Virus record (IMG/VR): IMGVR_UViG_3300017917_001112
Coordinates: 32,001 to 96,000 of that record
Reading direction: 5' to 3' (one strand)
Source of the DNA: a virus
DNA length: 64,000 nucleotides
A model generated the notes under the pieces. The model did not search any database, had not been told where the DNA came from, and saw only the letters and a list, made by a program, of their open reading frames with translations. The translations under genes and the position numbers were made by a program. The first letter of the stretch is position 1, and each line of letters opens with the position of its first letter. Below are positions 10,803 through 21,676 of this stretch, piece by piece.

Positions 10803-12830
10803 ATGCCACAGTACGCAATAATCAAACAAAAAACTAAAGCAAGAAATGCTGCGAATTACGCAGCACAGATCGCTGATGGGGATACTTCTTTGTATTTTTA
10901 TTTTGGAAATCCAGTTTCTTGGGCAACAGTTCCAGGTGGTACAAATAATGACACAAATCCACCAGCACCTAAAGATAACTTAATTGTTGAAAAACAAATT
11001 TGGGATGGAATTATAGGTTTAAAGAAAATAACTGGTTCTGATGTTAAGCGTGGTTTTAAGAGAGTAAACTGGACCAATGGTCAATACTATGATATGTATC
11101 GAGACGACTATGATGGTTCAACAGTTACTGGTGTAAGTTTAGCTGGTGACTATACAAACACAAAACCATTGTCATTAGCAAGATCTAATAATTTGGTGTT
11201 GGTCGACGATGCTGGTGTTTTTAAACTGTATCGCTGTATTGACAACAGAAGCACAACAACAGGAAATCCAATAGCATCCACTACTAAACCAACATTTACA
11301 ACAGCAAGTATTCAAACTCTTGCTGATGGTTATAAGTGGAAATTTATGGGCGAATTAAGTTCAACAGATATTTCCAACTATCTAACAACAAATCATTGCC
11401 CACTCCCAAGTATTGCGGCAACTTCTGCAGCAAATGGTAACGCAACTTCTGTTGTTATGACTAGTCGTGGTGAAGGATATGCGTCAGTTCCAACAGTTAC
11501 TGTTAAGGGCGATGGTACTGGTTTGACTTTAGGAACACCTGTTGTTGTTTCTGGACGTGTGGTTTATGTTCCAATTACTAGCGTAGGAACAGGTTATACT
11601 TATGCAACAGTTACATTTTCTGGTGGTTCGCCAACAACTGCTGCTACTGCTAAAATTATTGTTGCACCAAAAGGTGGATTTGCCAACAATGTAGAGCAAG
11701 AAATAGAACCAAACTTTTTGTTAATCTCCGCATCTAATGAAGAAACTGATGATTATTTTACAACAAGAGGAAATGCACCTACACAATATGGCAACTCTGA
11801 TGTAGCTGGATTGACTTATCGTGTCGTTGGATTATTAGAAAATCCATATAACTATGGAACAACAACAGTTTCTACTGCTAGTTTACTTACAAATTTTACA
11901 GAACACAAAGTTAATTTAATTTCTGGATCAGTTTCATATGGAGACAGATTTACAACAGCAACAAGTGGTTTGAGTAATCCAGTTGCTACAGTTGTTTCGG
12001 TAAGAGATAATACGTCATCAATTGTTAACACAATTTCATTTAATGCAGCAACAGCAGTAAATGGAACAACAAATGAACTAACATCTATTGGTCACAATCT
12101 TGTTACTGGTGACTCTATTCTTTATAATAACAATGGTGGAACTTCTGTAGGTGGATTAACAACAGGTCAAACATATTATGTAATCAAAATTACTGTTGAC
12201 ATTATTAAATTGGCGACTTCTTATGCTAATGCAACATTAGGAAATGCTATACCAATAACTCCTGGAATAGGACTTGGTCATACATTGACACAAACTATCG
12301 TTCAAAAATATGTTGGCTTGGTTAAAACTACAGAACAGTTAATTCAAAATAATCCAATTGTTTCTGGAAACTTACTAACAAGAACAGACAATACAGCTTC
12401 TATGTATGTTGGTCCATATGTTGCGTTTAATGGAAGCAATTTGGGTGTTGTTGGTGTTGGAACAGACATTCTAACTATTCCTGGACATCCGTTTAAAACT
12501 GGAGATTCAGTAGTTTATAGTTCTGGTGCTGGAACAGCAATTGGCACTACAGGTTCTGTCCTTGTTTCTGGAAATACATACTATATAATTCGTATCTCAA
12601 CAAATGAGATTAAATTAGCAACATCATTGGCCAATGCAAACAATGGAATTGCCATAGATTTAATTGGTGCTGGTACTGGAACAACCCACACCTTAACCTA
12701 CAACGGAACAGACAGTGTATATTTACCAACTGCTGAAAAATACAGTGGTAATATAATTTTCACAGAATACAGAAATGCTGTAACTAGAAGTACAGTAAGA
12801 GAAAAATTTAGATTTGTTCTTGAGTTCTGA
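10803..12830 (+). CDS. gp8: Baseplate wedge subunit gp8-like with inserted domains
   Basis: W..G..YDMYRDDY, YRCIDN...STTKPT, DGYKWKFM and C-terminal EKYSGNIIF.E.R..V.R...EKFRFVLEF. Confidence 0.85.
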   Translation: MPQYAIIKQKTKARNAANYAAQIADGDTSLYFYFGNPVSWATVPGGTNNDTNPPAPKDNLIVEKQIWDGIIGLKKITGSDVKRGFKRVNWTNGQYYDMYRDDYDGSTVTGVSLAGDYTNTKPLSLARSNNLVLVDDAGVFKLYRCIDNRSTTTGNPIASTTKPTFTTASIQTLADGYKWKFMGELSSTDISNYLTTNHCPLPSIAATSAANGNATSVVMTSRGEGYASVPTVTVKGDGTGLTLGTPVVVSGRVVYVPITSVGTGYTYATVTFSGGSPTTAATAKIIVAPKGGFANNVEQEIEPNFLLISASNEETDDYFTTRGNAPTQYGNSDVAGLTYRVVGLLENPYNYGTTTVSTASLLTNFTEHKVNLISGSVSYGDRFTTATSGLSNPVATVVSVRDNTSSIVNTISFNAATAVNGTTNELTSIGHNLVTGDSILYNNNGGTSVGGLTTGQTYYVIKITVDIIKLATSYANATLGNAIPITPGIGLGHTLTQTIVQKYVGLVKTTEQLIQNNPIVSGNLLTRTDNTASMYVGPYVAFNGSNLGVVGVGTDILTIPGHPFKTGDSVVYSSGAGTAIGTTGSVLVSGNTYYIIRISTNEIKLATSLANANNGIAIDLIGAGTGTTHTLTYNGTDSVYLPTAEKYSGNIIFTEYRNAVTRSTVREKFRFVLEF

Positions 12831-12864
12831 TAAATATAAAAGATTACCATTCGGAGAAAAATAA

Positions 12865-15800
12865 ATGGATTTTAATGTAGCTCCATACTACGATGATTAT
12901 GATGAGGATAAGAAATTCCTCCGTGTCTTGTTTCGTCCTGGATATTCACTGCAAGCACGTGAATTAACACAAGCGCAAACAATTTTACAAAAACAAGTTC
13001 AGAGAATCGGCGACTATATTTTTCAAAATAAGTCGAGAGTTATTCCTGGAGCAGCGACTTTTGCAGGCGCATTTTCCATTAAACTTGAACCATTAGAAGT
13101 CGACACAGGAACAAATTTAGACACATTTATTAGAGCAGTTGATGGCATTACTGTTATTGGTGAAACAACAGGTGTCCGTGCAACTATTGTTTTATGTGAA
13201 CCATCATCTACAGCAGGCGATCCACCATTATTGTATATCAAATATCTTGCTGAGGGATTTAATGGCGAAACTGAGTTTGCCCAAAATGAAATTTTAAGTT
13301 TTACTGTTGTTCCTATTAGAACAATAAATTCTCAAGGACAAGAAGTTGAGACATCACCAACATATACAGATCCAATTAGTGGAGAAGTAACTACCGCTCT
13401 TGTTGGATCATATCGTGTTAGAATTCAAAATGCTACTGATTATCAGTCGTTAGCATCTATTGCCTTAATTAATACTGGTATTTTCTATGTAAATGGAGCA
13501 TTTGTAAAAGTAGATGCACAAAAAATATCATTAGCAAAATACAGTAATGAACCATCATGCATGATAGGTTTAGATATTGTTGAAACAATTGTAACACCAG
13601 AAGAAGATGATTCGTTATTAGACAATTCAACTGGTGCACCAAACTATACAGCTCCTGGTGCTCATCGTTATAAGGTGGATTTGGTTCTTAATAAAAAAGA
13701 AATTGGTTTCGAGTCTGAAAATTTTATTCTTTTATTAACATTAAGAAGTGGTATTTTAGAGTATTCCGCAAAAGGAACAAGTCTTTCCTATTTAGAAACA
13801 TTGTTGGCACGTAGAACATTTGACGAATCAGGCGATTATACAGTTAGACAATTTGAAATTGAAGTAAAAGAGCACAGAAATTCAGACCAAGGTCAATGGG
13901 CTGGTATTACAAATTATCAAGTTGGGGATGTGGTTTATTACACAAATCCAACAACAAACATAGTTCAATATTATGTGTCATTAGACAATGGTGTTTCTGG
14001 AACAAGTGCCCCAACACATTCATCAGGATCAGTTAGTGATGGTGGCATTCGCTGGAGATATACCCCAGAAGCCAGATATGATTATGGTCTTTATAATGAT
14101 GCTGAGGGTGGCGATACAGATAAAATAGCATTTGGTCTCAAAAATGGTAAAGCATATGTTAAAGGATTTGAGTATGAAACTAATGGTGTTCGCTATATCG
14201 AAGCACCAAAGGCAAGAGATTTCGCTAGAATAACAAATACAGGCATTCCAATTGCTATTGGTAATTTAATTGATGTCATTCCATTCGGTGTTCCTGATAT
14301 TGATGGTTATCAAATTGTTGATTTATTTAAAGTCGACACACCACCAACCACTGCTCAAACTATGGGCACTATGACAGCATCTACAGATGGGTCTGGTACT
14401 GCCACACCAAACAATGCAGTAGCAAAATTAACTTATGCAATTGTTCAAACACAAGCAGGCGCAACAGCAATTACTGAATATCAAGTTGCAAAATTATTAG
14501 CATCCAATGTTACAACAACTACATTCCCAGTTGCATTAAATTCTTTTGCATCTTCTGGTGGTGCTGCTAACAGCTATGGCACATATTTAACAACATCAAG
14601 AGTTGGTACTGCTCGTATTCGTTATATGGAGGGTGGTCAAACATTAAACGGACGTGCTACTGCTAAGATCTCTCTAATGGATGTTCAGATGAATCCAGGA
14701 GAAGATTTCCGTAAAGTTCGTGTTATCGGCACACCTCTGTCACTCGGCTCAACATCAGCAGGTGGAGATCCACAGTGTTTCCGTGCTTTGGTAATTCCAA
14801 CAACATATAACTCAACATTCATTGGTCAATCTACTGTTGCTACAACAGGAAACAATAACGTAGATATGTCTGGTCTTGGAACAAAATGGGTTTCTGGATC
14901 AACATTAACTGCTGGAGATATGGTTTGGTTCCCAAATGCTCCAACACAATTTTTCTTTGTTCGCGATTTACAAGGTTCGGATCGTACAGCCAAAGTAACT
15001 ACATGGGGATCTTTCGCATTATCTGGTCCATTAAATCGAGCAGATTGTGTATATCAAGCACCAGAAGATTTTGATTCCTTGTTTGCGATGCCAAAAACGG
15101 ATATCTATACAATCCGTGGTGGCGAAACATTACAAGATAACAACACAACCTATACAACATTAGAAAAATATACTGCTTCTGGAGATGCTGGTTCTACATT
15201 CGTAAGTATTAATCTATCGGTTCCAGATCCAGACCAATTACAAATTACTACACCAACTGCGTTTGTTGTTATTAACAATACAACTGGAGAAGCAATGAAT
15301 GTGTTTGATGTAACATTAACAACATCAAACACAGCAACAATTAGATTAATCGCATCATCAAGTCGTGTTGGAGCGATTGCTAATTTGCAGAATGATTCAT
15401 ATACAGTTTATGCTCCAGTATTAAAGCGTTTAATTAATGCAAAAGAAAAAGTAAAATCTCTTGTTTCTTCTACATTAAATCTATCATTACAAACAACAGT
15501 AGAACTTGACATTATTAACATCAATAAAGCTGACATTTATCGTGTGTTAAAAGTTGAAATGTTCCCAAATGTTATCTTTGGTAATGACATTTCTGGATTA
15601 GCGACTGGTAGTGGTATTGACATTACAAGTAATTATGAGTTCGATAATGGTCAGCGTGATACGCACTATGACTTAGGTCGTTTGATTAAAGGTAAATCAG
15701 TACCTTTCCCAACAGGTCCAATTAGAATTACGTTTGAATATTTTGAACACTCGTCTGGCGATTATTTTTCTGCTGACTCATATCCTGATTTGTTATACGA

Positions 15801-18800
15801 AGAAATTCCAAATTTCTTTAGTAAAATTACAGGAAGAACAACAAGTCTTCGCGATGTATTAGATTTCCGTCCACGTGTTAATGATGGTGGAACATTTGAT
15901 GGTGGAACAGCGTCATTAACTTCTTTACCACAACGCCAATATGGATTGCAGTGTGACTTTGCTTACTATCTACCAAGAAAAGATAAAATTGTTTTAAGCA
16001 AAACAGGTGGTTTCAATTTAATTCAAGGTGTTTCTTCTGACAATCCACAGTTGCCAGCAACTCCTGACGATACAATGCACTTGTTTGATGTAGAATATAA
16101 ACCATATACTTATCGTGCAAACTCTAGTAATATCGTAATTAAACCAATCGATAATCGAAGATTTACAATGAAGGATATTGCTAAACTAGAAAAGCGTATT
16201 AGCAATTTAGAACAAGCAGTGACTTTGAATTCATTGGAAAAAGAAACAGCTCAGTTCTCTATCAAAGATCAAGATGGTTTAGATAGATTTAAAAATGGAT
16301 TTATAGTTGATAACTTCACTGGGCATAAAGTTGGTAATGTATTAGATCCAGATTATGAATGTTCTATTGATATTGTTAATCGTGTTCTTCGTCCATCGTT
16401 TAATACAATCGGTGTTGATTTATTGGAAGTTGCAACAACAAATCAAGATCGTAATACTGCTGGTTATCGCATTCACGAAGGTAATATCGTAACATTGCCA
16501 TATTTTACTGGAACAGAATTTTATTATAAAAATAAAAACGAAATTCAATCCATCACTAACAAAGGCAATAATGCAACTGCAGCAGAGAGATCTAGAAAAG
16601 AATCTTTGATTCGTGAAAACAATGATTTGGTTATTATGGAACAACCATATGCAACAGAGTCCACACAAATCACATCTCTTACTCAAGGTCCAGGAACTGG
16701 TATTATTTCGTTGTTCCCATCAACAGACTCTTGGGTTGAAACAGATATTCCACAAGAGTTGGTAATTAATGAAGGTGGAACATATGATAGCGTTGCTGCG
16801 CAAGCAGATGCTCTTGGTATTGATTTTGGTACTATATGGAATCAGTGGCAAGTTTCATCTCTTGGAACACCAGTTACAACTGTTTCTGCAAATTCTTGGA
16901 GACAGGGTGGTGGTACATATACAGCAACAACAACAGTTGTAACACAACAAGTCAATGAAACAGCAAAAGGAAAGTCGACTTCTTTAAATGAAAGTGTTGG
17001 ATTAACAGAAGTTAGAGGAAGATTATCAGCAAGACAATCTGTATCGTATGTTCGTTCTCGTCCAGTTGTATTTGTTGCATCTGGTATGAAAGCAGGAACA
17101 CGTGTTTATGGATTCTGCGATGAAACAAATGTAACAGATTATTGTACACAAGCATCTAGACTGTATCTAGCTGCTAGAAAATTTAATTACGGAGTAGTTC
17201 CTTTTCAATTTGGCACAGCCAATACTGAAAGACAAGTATTTTTAACATATAATACGGATTCAGTAGAAACAGGAAATGCTTCTAATTACGAAAGAACTTT
17301 TATGGGTTCTTTAGCGAATGATTTAGCATCATTTACCAGTATTTTTACATCTATCTATACAGGTACAGAAACATCACCAACATCATTAACAATAAGCCAA
17401 ACATTAAATGACACTGCTCGTGCAATTATTGCTCCAAACTCAGAAATTACTGCGTTTACTAAAGGAGAAATTATTCGTGGTCAAACATCAGGTGCTACTG
17501 CTATTGTTATTCTGCATGAACAATCAACAAATGCAACAACTGGTCAACCAGATGGTGTTCTAGATACTTTACACGTAATTAATGTGCGTGGTGTGTTCCG
17601 TGCTGGTGAGGCTATTTTAGGAACAATCAAGAGAAATGAATTAAATGGTGGTGTATTAACACTACAATTACGTGGCGCAAATCATATTGAAGCAGCTGCA
17701 CCAGGAGTATTAGTAACAACTGGTACTGGTCGTATCGCTGGTGTTTGGCATTTGACTTCAGGACAAGTTATTAACAATCGTGCTTCACCAAGATTTTTAA
17801 CAGGTCGTCGTGTGTTTATGTTGTCAGATTCTACAACAAATGCATCAACTGCGAGAACAACTTATGCTGAAGCTGTTTATGCTGCTGTCGGTATCATTGA
17901 TGCTTCTCAGGGTGGTGTAATTGGTGTTCGTAATGCATCTATCGGTGTTGGTGATGTTAGTCGTGACAGAACATATACACAACAATTATCATCAACTACA
18001 AAATACACATTTGTTCCAGATCCACCACCACCAAGAAGATCTACCGATCCTCTAGCACAAACATTTATGGTTACTGCGCAAGATGGATCTAATCCTGAAG
18101 GATGTTTCTTAACAGAAGTTGAACTGTTTTTTGAAACTAAAGATGCTATTACACCAATCATTCTTGAAGTTCGCACAACAGACAATGGATTCCCAACAAC
18201 TACTGTTCTTCCATTCGCACAAAAAGTTGTTTACCCAGGAGACATTTTAACATCAAGAGATGCAAGTATTGGAACACCAATTAGATTCCCTGCTCCTGTT
18301 CATGTTAAAAACGATACTCTTTACGCTTTAGTTGTAACAGCTATGTCGCCACAGCATAGATTGTTTACTGCGACATTGGAAAAAACAGATATTACTCCAG
18401 CAAAACTCGGCAAAGTATTAAAGACGCCATCTCTTGGTTCTATGTTTAAATCGCAGAACTCAACAACATGGACGGAATCACCAACACAAGATTTGAAGTG
18501 TAATATTTTTAGAGCAGTGTTTAATACCACAACTGGCACAACGACTTTGGGTGGAACTGCTGCTACCACAGGAAATTATTTAACACTTAGAAATGGTGAT
18601 GTTTTGCCAGGATCTAACGCAGGAAGAAGCACAAAATTTACTGCTCTTGCTACAAACCCCTTCCGTGTAGAATTAGGTAAAAGCGAGATTATTGTTCGTC
18701 ATCCAAATCATGGTATGTCAACTGGTTCATATGTCTCTTACAGAAATGTTACTGGTTCAGATCAATTTGGATTTTTGAATACACAGTTTAACAGTGAAAC

Positions 18801-21054
18801 ATTTGTTAAAAATCAATTTGATGTTAAAACATCTACGTTTATTTCTACTGGTAATCTTGTAAAACACTTAGTTTATAAAGTATACAGTCACGATCTATAC
18901 AGTATTCGAATTTATGATGGTACTGCTGCTAAACTTGCAACTGCATCTGGTCAATTCGGTGGCGATCAAATTATTGCTACAAGAAATGCTCCGTTTACAA
19001 CATTACATCCAGTTCTAGAAGTATTAAATTTCCAATCAACTGGTGTTAATGCTCAAATTAAAACTACATCAGGTCGTAGTCCAACTGGTTCTGAAACACC
19101 CTATCAGAAAGATAGTAATTGGACTGATATTGTACTAAATGATAATAATTATTTTAATTCGCAGCGTGTTATTCTTAATCGTCAAAACGAAGCAGATTTG
19201 TTAGATAGAGCGTTCTCATTTGAAATGCGTGTTCAATTACAATCATCTACTAAGTTTTTATCACCAATTATAGATTTAGATCGTGCGATGGCTATCGTTA
19301 CACAAAATCGCATTGATGACCCATTAACAACTAAAAGTATTAACAGCAACTATTTCTCAGTTACTGGTGGGTTTGATGGTACAGCAATTTATAACTCTGA
19401 ATACGACAATAAAGAAGGTGGTGTTCAAATGGGTTATATTACAAGAAAACTACAATTTAAAAATACTTCTAAGTTATTAAAGGTTCAACTTGCTGCTTCT
19501 ATTCCTTCAAACTGCGGAGTCAATAAGAGCACACCAACTATAACATTACCAATTAAGTTTCAGTCTGGATCAAGAGTTTCTGAACATCCTGCAATTATTG
19601 TTCAAAGATCTAAAATATCTACATCATATCCAGTCAATTCAACTGCTATCGAATTTCAAGCAGTAACAGGTATTGTTGATGGTATGTATGTTTATGGTCC
19701 AGGTATTCAAGAGGGAACACGTGTTAACGGTATCGCTGGTTTAATTTTAACTTTGGATAAAGCAATAAAAGCAACAATTCCTTCTTCAACACAAGGTTCT
19801 GTTTATTTCTTTACTGCGTTTGATATTTCTCAGTCAGATAAAACTAAACAAATAGATGTTGGAGATTATGTAACATACAGTGGAGCAGGAACACCAGTTC
19901 CAGCCAATACATATGTTACTTTTGCTCCAAAGAATACATACTTTACTAAGAAAGTTGGTTCATATGCCACTGGGTCATTTGTTCAAGCATCTGCTGATAA
20001 TCCAGTAACTTTAACAAACACAACTACTGGTGGTATTGATCCAACAACAAACAATATGACAGTTTTTGTTGATAATATTTCTGATATTAAATTGGGTATG
20101 TATTGCTATGTCAAGTTCTACAACTCTAATGACGGAACATTCACTTGGTCTGCTGCAACTGTTCGTCGTGTTTTAAGAATAAATACTGATGCTAAATCAA
20201 TTGTTCTTGAAAAATTGAGCACATTGGATGAATGGTCATCGATTGGTTTTAGTAGTTCATTCTACTTCAACCAAAACAATAGTATTATTACATTCTTTAA
20301 TCCTGTAATTAAACTAAATCAAGCAGTCACTGGTGCAGTTGAACCAACATTGAGCACAAGAACACCAACGAATTTATTAACATTTACTTCACCTCCAAAT
20401 GCTGAGATTGAAGTATATGCTAAAGTTTCGAATGCTGGTAATGCCACATCGGCAGCTGCTTTGTCATTCAGCTCTAATGAATACAACGCAGTAACAAACC
20501 CATATGGTGTTGATAGTACAAATGACATTATATATTTCCCAATTGCGCACAATTTAAATACTGGTTCTGCTGTTTTATATAACGCTGGTTCTAATACAAT
20601 CACAAACCTAAGAACAGGAACAGTATACTATGCAGTTGTTGTAAGTACGACCTCAATTAAATTGGCTACAACATTTGCAAATGCAATTGAAATCGGAAGA
20701 GCAACACCTGGATTTACACCAATAAACATTGCAGCTACAGCTGTTCAAGAATCTCATTCGTTTACTGATGTAAACCAGAAAGATCAGGCATCAATTGATG
20801 ATGATTTGTTCTTTAGAATTCTTCCTGATGTTGTTGTATCTGGTGATTCTTCTAACTATGGTGGTAATAATCCAATATTAACAAGTAAAGGTTTATTAAC
20901 TACTACAGATAATCCTGAAGAATTTGTTGATCATTCATTTACTGTTGACAATTTACAACCATTTAATACAGCGATCATTAAAATTGTTATGAGATCTAGA
21001 AATCCAGCGTTTGTGCCAAGAGTTCAGGATCTAAGAATTATTGCTACAGCATAA
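12865..21054 (+). CDS. Large virion structural protein, VrlC/DUF4815-like (2729 aa)
   Basis: FNVAPYYDDYDEDKKF.RVLFRPGYSLQARELTQ.QTILQ.Q, APGAHR, RFKNGFIVDNF, DPLAQTF and terminal P.V.DLRIIA, typical of this T4-like family. Confidence 0.85.
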   Translation: MDFNVAPYYDDYDEDKKFLRVLFRPGYSLQARELTQAQTILQKQVQRIGDYIFQNKSRVIPGAATFAGAFSIKLEPLEVDTGTNLDTFIRAVDGITVIGETTGVRATIVLCEPSSTAGDPPLLYIKYLAEGFNGETEFAQNEILSFTVVPIRTINSQGQEVETSPTYTDPISGEVTTALVGSYRVRIQNATDYQSLASIALINTGIFYVNGAFVKVDAQKISLAKYSNEPSCMIGLDIVETIVTPEEDDSLLDNSTGAPNYTAPGAHRYKVDLVLNKKEIGFESENFILLLTLRSGILEYSAKGTSLSYLETLLARRTFDESGDYTVRQFEIEVKEHRNSDQGQWAGITNYQVGDVVYYTNPTTNIVQYYVSLDNGVSGTSAPTHSSGSVSDGGIRWRYTPEARYDYGLYNDAEGGDTDKIAFGLKNGKAYVKGFEYETNGVRYIEAPKARDFARITNTGIPIAIGNLIDVIPFGVPDIDGYQIVDLFKVDTPPTTAQTMGTMTASTDGSGTATPNNAVAKLTYAIVQTQAGATAITEYQVAKLLASNVTTTTFPVALNSFASSGGAANSYGTYLTTSRVGTARIRYMEGGQTLNGRATAKISLMDVQMNPGEDFRKVRVIGTPLSLGSTSAGGDPQCFRALVIPTTYNSTFIGQSTVATTGNNNVDMSGLGTKWVSGSTLTAGDMVWFPNAPTQFFFVRDLQGSDRTAKVTTWGSFALSGPLNRADCVYQAPEDFDSLFAMPKTDIYTIRGGETLQDNNTTYTTLEKYTASGDAGSTFVSINLSVPDPDQLQITTPTAFVVINNTTGEAMNVFDVTLTTSNTATIRLIASSSRVGAIANLQNDSYTVYAPVLKRLINAKEKVKSLVSSTLNLSLQTTVELDIININKADIYRVLKVEMFPNVIFGNDISGLATGSGIDITSNYEFDNGQRDTHYDLGRLIKGKSVPFPTGPIRITFEYFEHSSGDYFSADSYPDLLYEEIPNFFSKITGRTTSLRDVLDFRPRVNDGGTFDGGTASLTSLPQRQYGLQCDFAYYLPRKDKIVLSKTGGFNLIQGVSSDNPQLPATPDDTMHLFDVEYKPYTYRANSSNIVIKPIDNRRFTMKDIAKLEKRISNLEQAVTLNSLEKETAQFSIKDQDGLDRFKNGFIVDNFTGHKVGNVLDPDYECSIDIVNRVLRPSFNTIGVDLLEVATTNQDRNTAGYRIHEGNIVTLPYFTGTEFYYKNKNEIQSITNKGNNATAAERSRKESLIRENNDLVIMEQPYATESTQITSLTQGPGTGIISLFPSTDSWVETDIPQELVINEGGTYDSVAAQADALGIDFGTIWNQWQVSSLGTPVTTVSANSWRQGGGTYTATTTVVTQQVNETAKGKSTSLNESVGLTEVRGRLSARQSVSYVRSRPVVFVASGMKAGTRVYGFCDETNVTDYCTQASRLYLAARKFNYGVVPFQFGTANTERQVFLTYNTDSVETGNASNYERTFMGSLANDLASFTSIFTSIYTGTETSPTSLTISQTLNDTARAIIAPNSEITAFTKGEIIRGQTSGATAIVILHEQSTNATTGQPDGVLDTLHVINVRGVFRAGEAILGTIKRNELNGGVLTLQLRGANHIEAAAPGVLVTTGTGRIAGVWHLTSGQVINNRASPRFLTGRRVFMLSDSTTNASTARTTYAEAVYAAVGIIDASQGGVIGVRNASIGVGDVSRDRTYTQQLSSTTKYTFVPDPPPPRRSTDPLAQTFMVTAQDGSNPEGCFLTEVELFFETKDAITPIILEVRTTDNGFPTTTVLPFAQKVVYPGDILTSRDASIGTPIRFPAPVHVKNDTLYALVVTAMSPQHRLFTATLEKTDITPAKLGKVLKTPSLGSMFKSQNSTTWTESPTQDLKCNIFRAVFNTTTGTTTLGGTAATTGNYLTLRNGDVLPGSNAGRSTKFTALATNPFRVELGKSEIIVRHPNHGMSTGSYVSYRNVTGSDQFGFLNTQFNSETFVKNQFDVKTSTFISTGNLVKHLVYKVYSHDLYSIRIYDGTAAKLATASGQFGGDQIIATRNAPFTTLHPVLEVLNFQSTGVNAQIKTTSGRSPTGSETPYQKDSNWTDIVLNDNNYFNSQRVILNRQNEADLLDRAFSFEMRVQLQSSTKFLSPIIDLDRAMAIVTQNRIDDPLTTKSINSNYFSVTGGFDGTAIYNSEYDNKEGGVQMGYITRKLQFKNTSKLLKVQLAASIPSNCGVNKSTPTITLPIKFQSGSRVSEHPAIIVQRSKISTSYPVNSTAIEFQAVTGIVDGMYVYGPGIQEGTRVNGIAGLILTLDKAIKATIPSSTQGSVYFFTAFDISQSDKTKQIDVGDYVTYSGAGTPVPANTYVTFAPKNTYFTKKVGSYATGSFVQASADNPVTLTNTTTGGIDPTTNNMTVFVDNISDIKLGMYCYVKFYNSNDGTFTWSAATVRRVLRINTDAKSIVLEKLSTLDEWSSIGFSSSFYFNQNNSIITFFNPVIKLNQAVTGAVEPTLSTRTPTNLLTFTSPPNAEIEVYAKVSNAGNATSAAALSFSSNEYNAVTNPYGVDSTNDIIYFPIAHNLNTGSAVLYNAGSNTITNLRTGTVYYAVVVSTTSIKLATTFANAIEIGRATPGFTPINIAATAVQESHSFTDVNQKDQASIDDDLFFRILPDVVVSGDSSNYGGNNPILTSKGLLTTTDNPEEFVDHSFTVDNLQPFNTAIIKIVMRSRNPAFVPRVQDLRIIATA

Positions 21055-21281
21055 TGGAAAATTTATTAAAAGTCGAAGGCGAGCGACATCTGTATAAAGA
21101 TCCTAATACAGGTGTTGTTCTAAATAATGATAGAGCAGGATACGAAGCATATTTGGCTCAGCGTGCTGCTAATGAGGCAAAACGAGAGCAGATGAATAAT
21201 GTTCAAGAACAAATTGACAGCTTGAAGGGTGACATTGCTGAGATAAAACAAATTCTAAAATTTTTAGTAGAGAAACTTTAA
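21054..21281 (+). CDS. Small conserved T4-like protein with C-terminal coiled coil
   Basis: KVEG...LYKD..TG..LN.D motif and helical C-terminus; translationally coupled (TAATG). Confidence 0.7.
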   Translation: MENLLKVEGERHLYKDPNTGVVLNNDRAGYEAYLAQRAANEAKREQMNNVQEQIDSLKGDIAEIKQILKFLVEKL

Positions 21282-21619
21282 TGGCACTAGTACAAGCACT
21301 TTATATCGACCAAGGAGCAGATTTCTCCACTGGCATCACATTATATGCTGACAACGGTATTACACCATTAAATCTTACTGGTTACTCATTTACTTCGCAA
21401 ATGAGAAAATCATATGCATCATCTACTGCTACAACATTTGTGTGCACAGTTCCCTCTCCTGCAACAGGACAGGTGATTCTTACGCTGACTGCTACTCAAA
21501 CAGGCTCATTAAAACCAGGAAGATATCTTTATGATATCGAAATGGTAGATACGAGCAACTACAGAACAAGACCAGTAGAAGGAATTGTTGTCGTATCGCC
21601 ACAAATTACTCAAGTCTAA
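21281..21619 (+). CDS. Small virion structural protein (Ig/BppU-like)
   Basis: L.IDQGADF...LNLTGY....QMRKSY.S....LTATQT..L.PGRY.YD.E......R.VEG...VSP motif common in T4-like phages. Confidence 0.75.
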   Translation: MALVQALYIDQGADFSTGITLYADNGITPLNLTGYSFTSQMRKSYASSTATTFVCTVPSPATGQVILTLTATQTGSLKPGRYLYDIEMVDTSNYRTRPVEGIVVVSPQITQV

Positions 21620-21676
21620 TAACTAGAAACCCAACACTGTTATTATACAGGGTATACAAATAAATGTCAAATTAAA

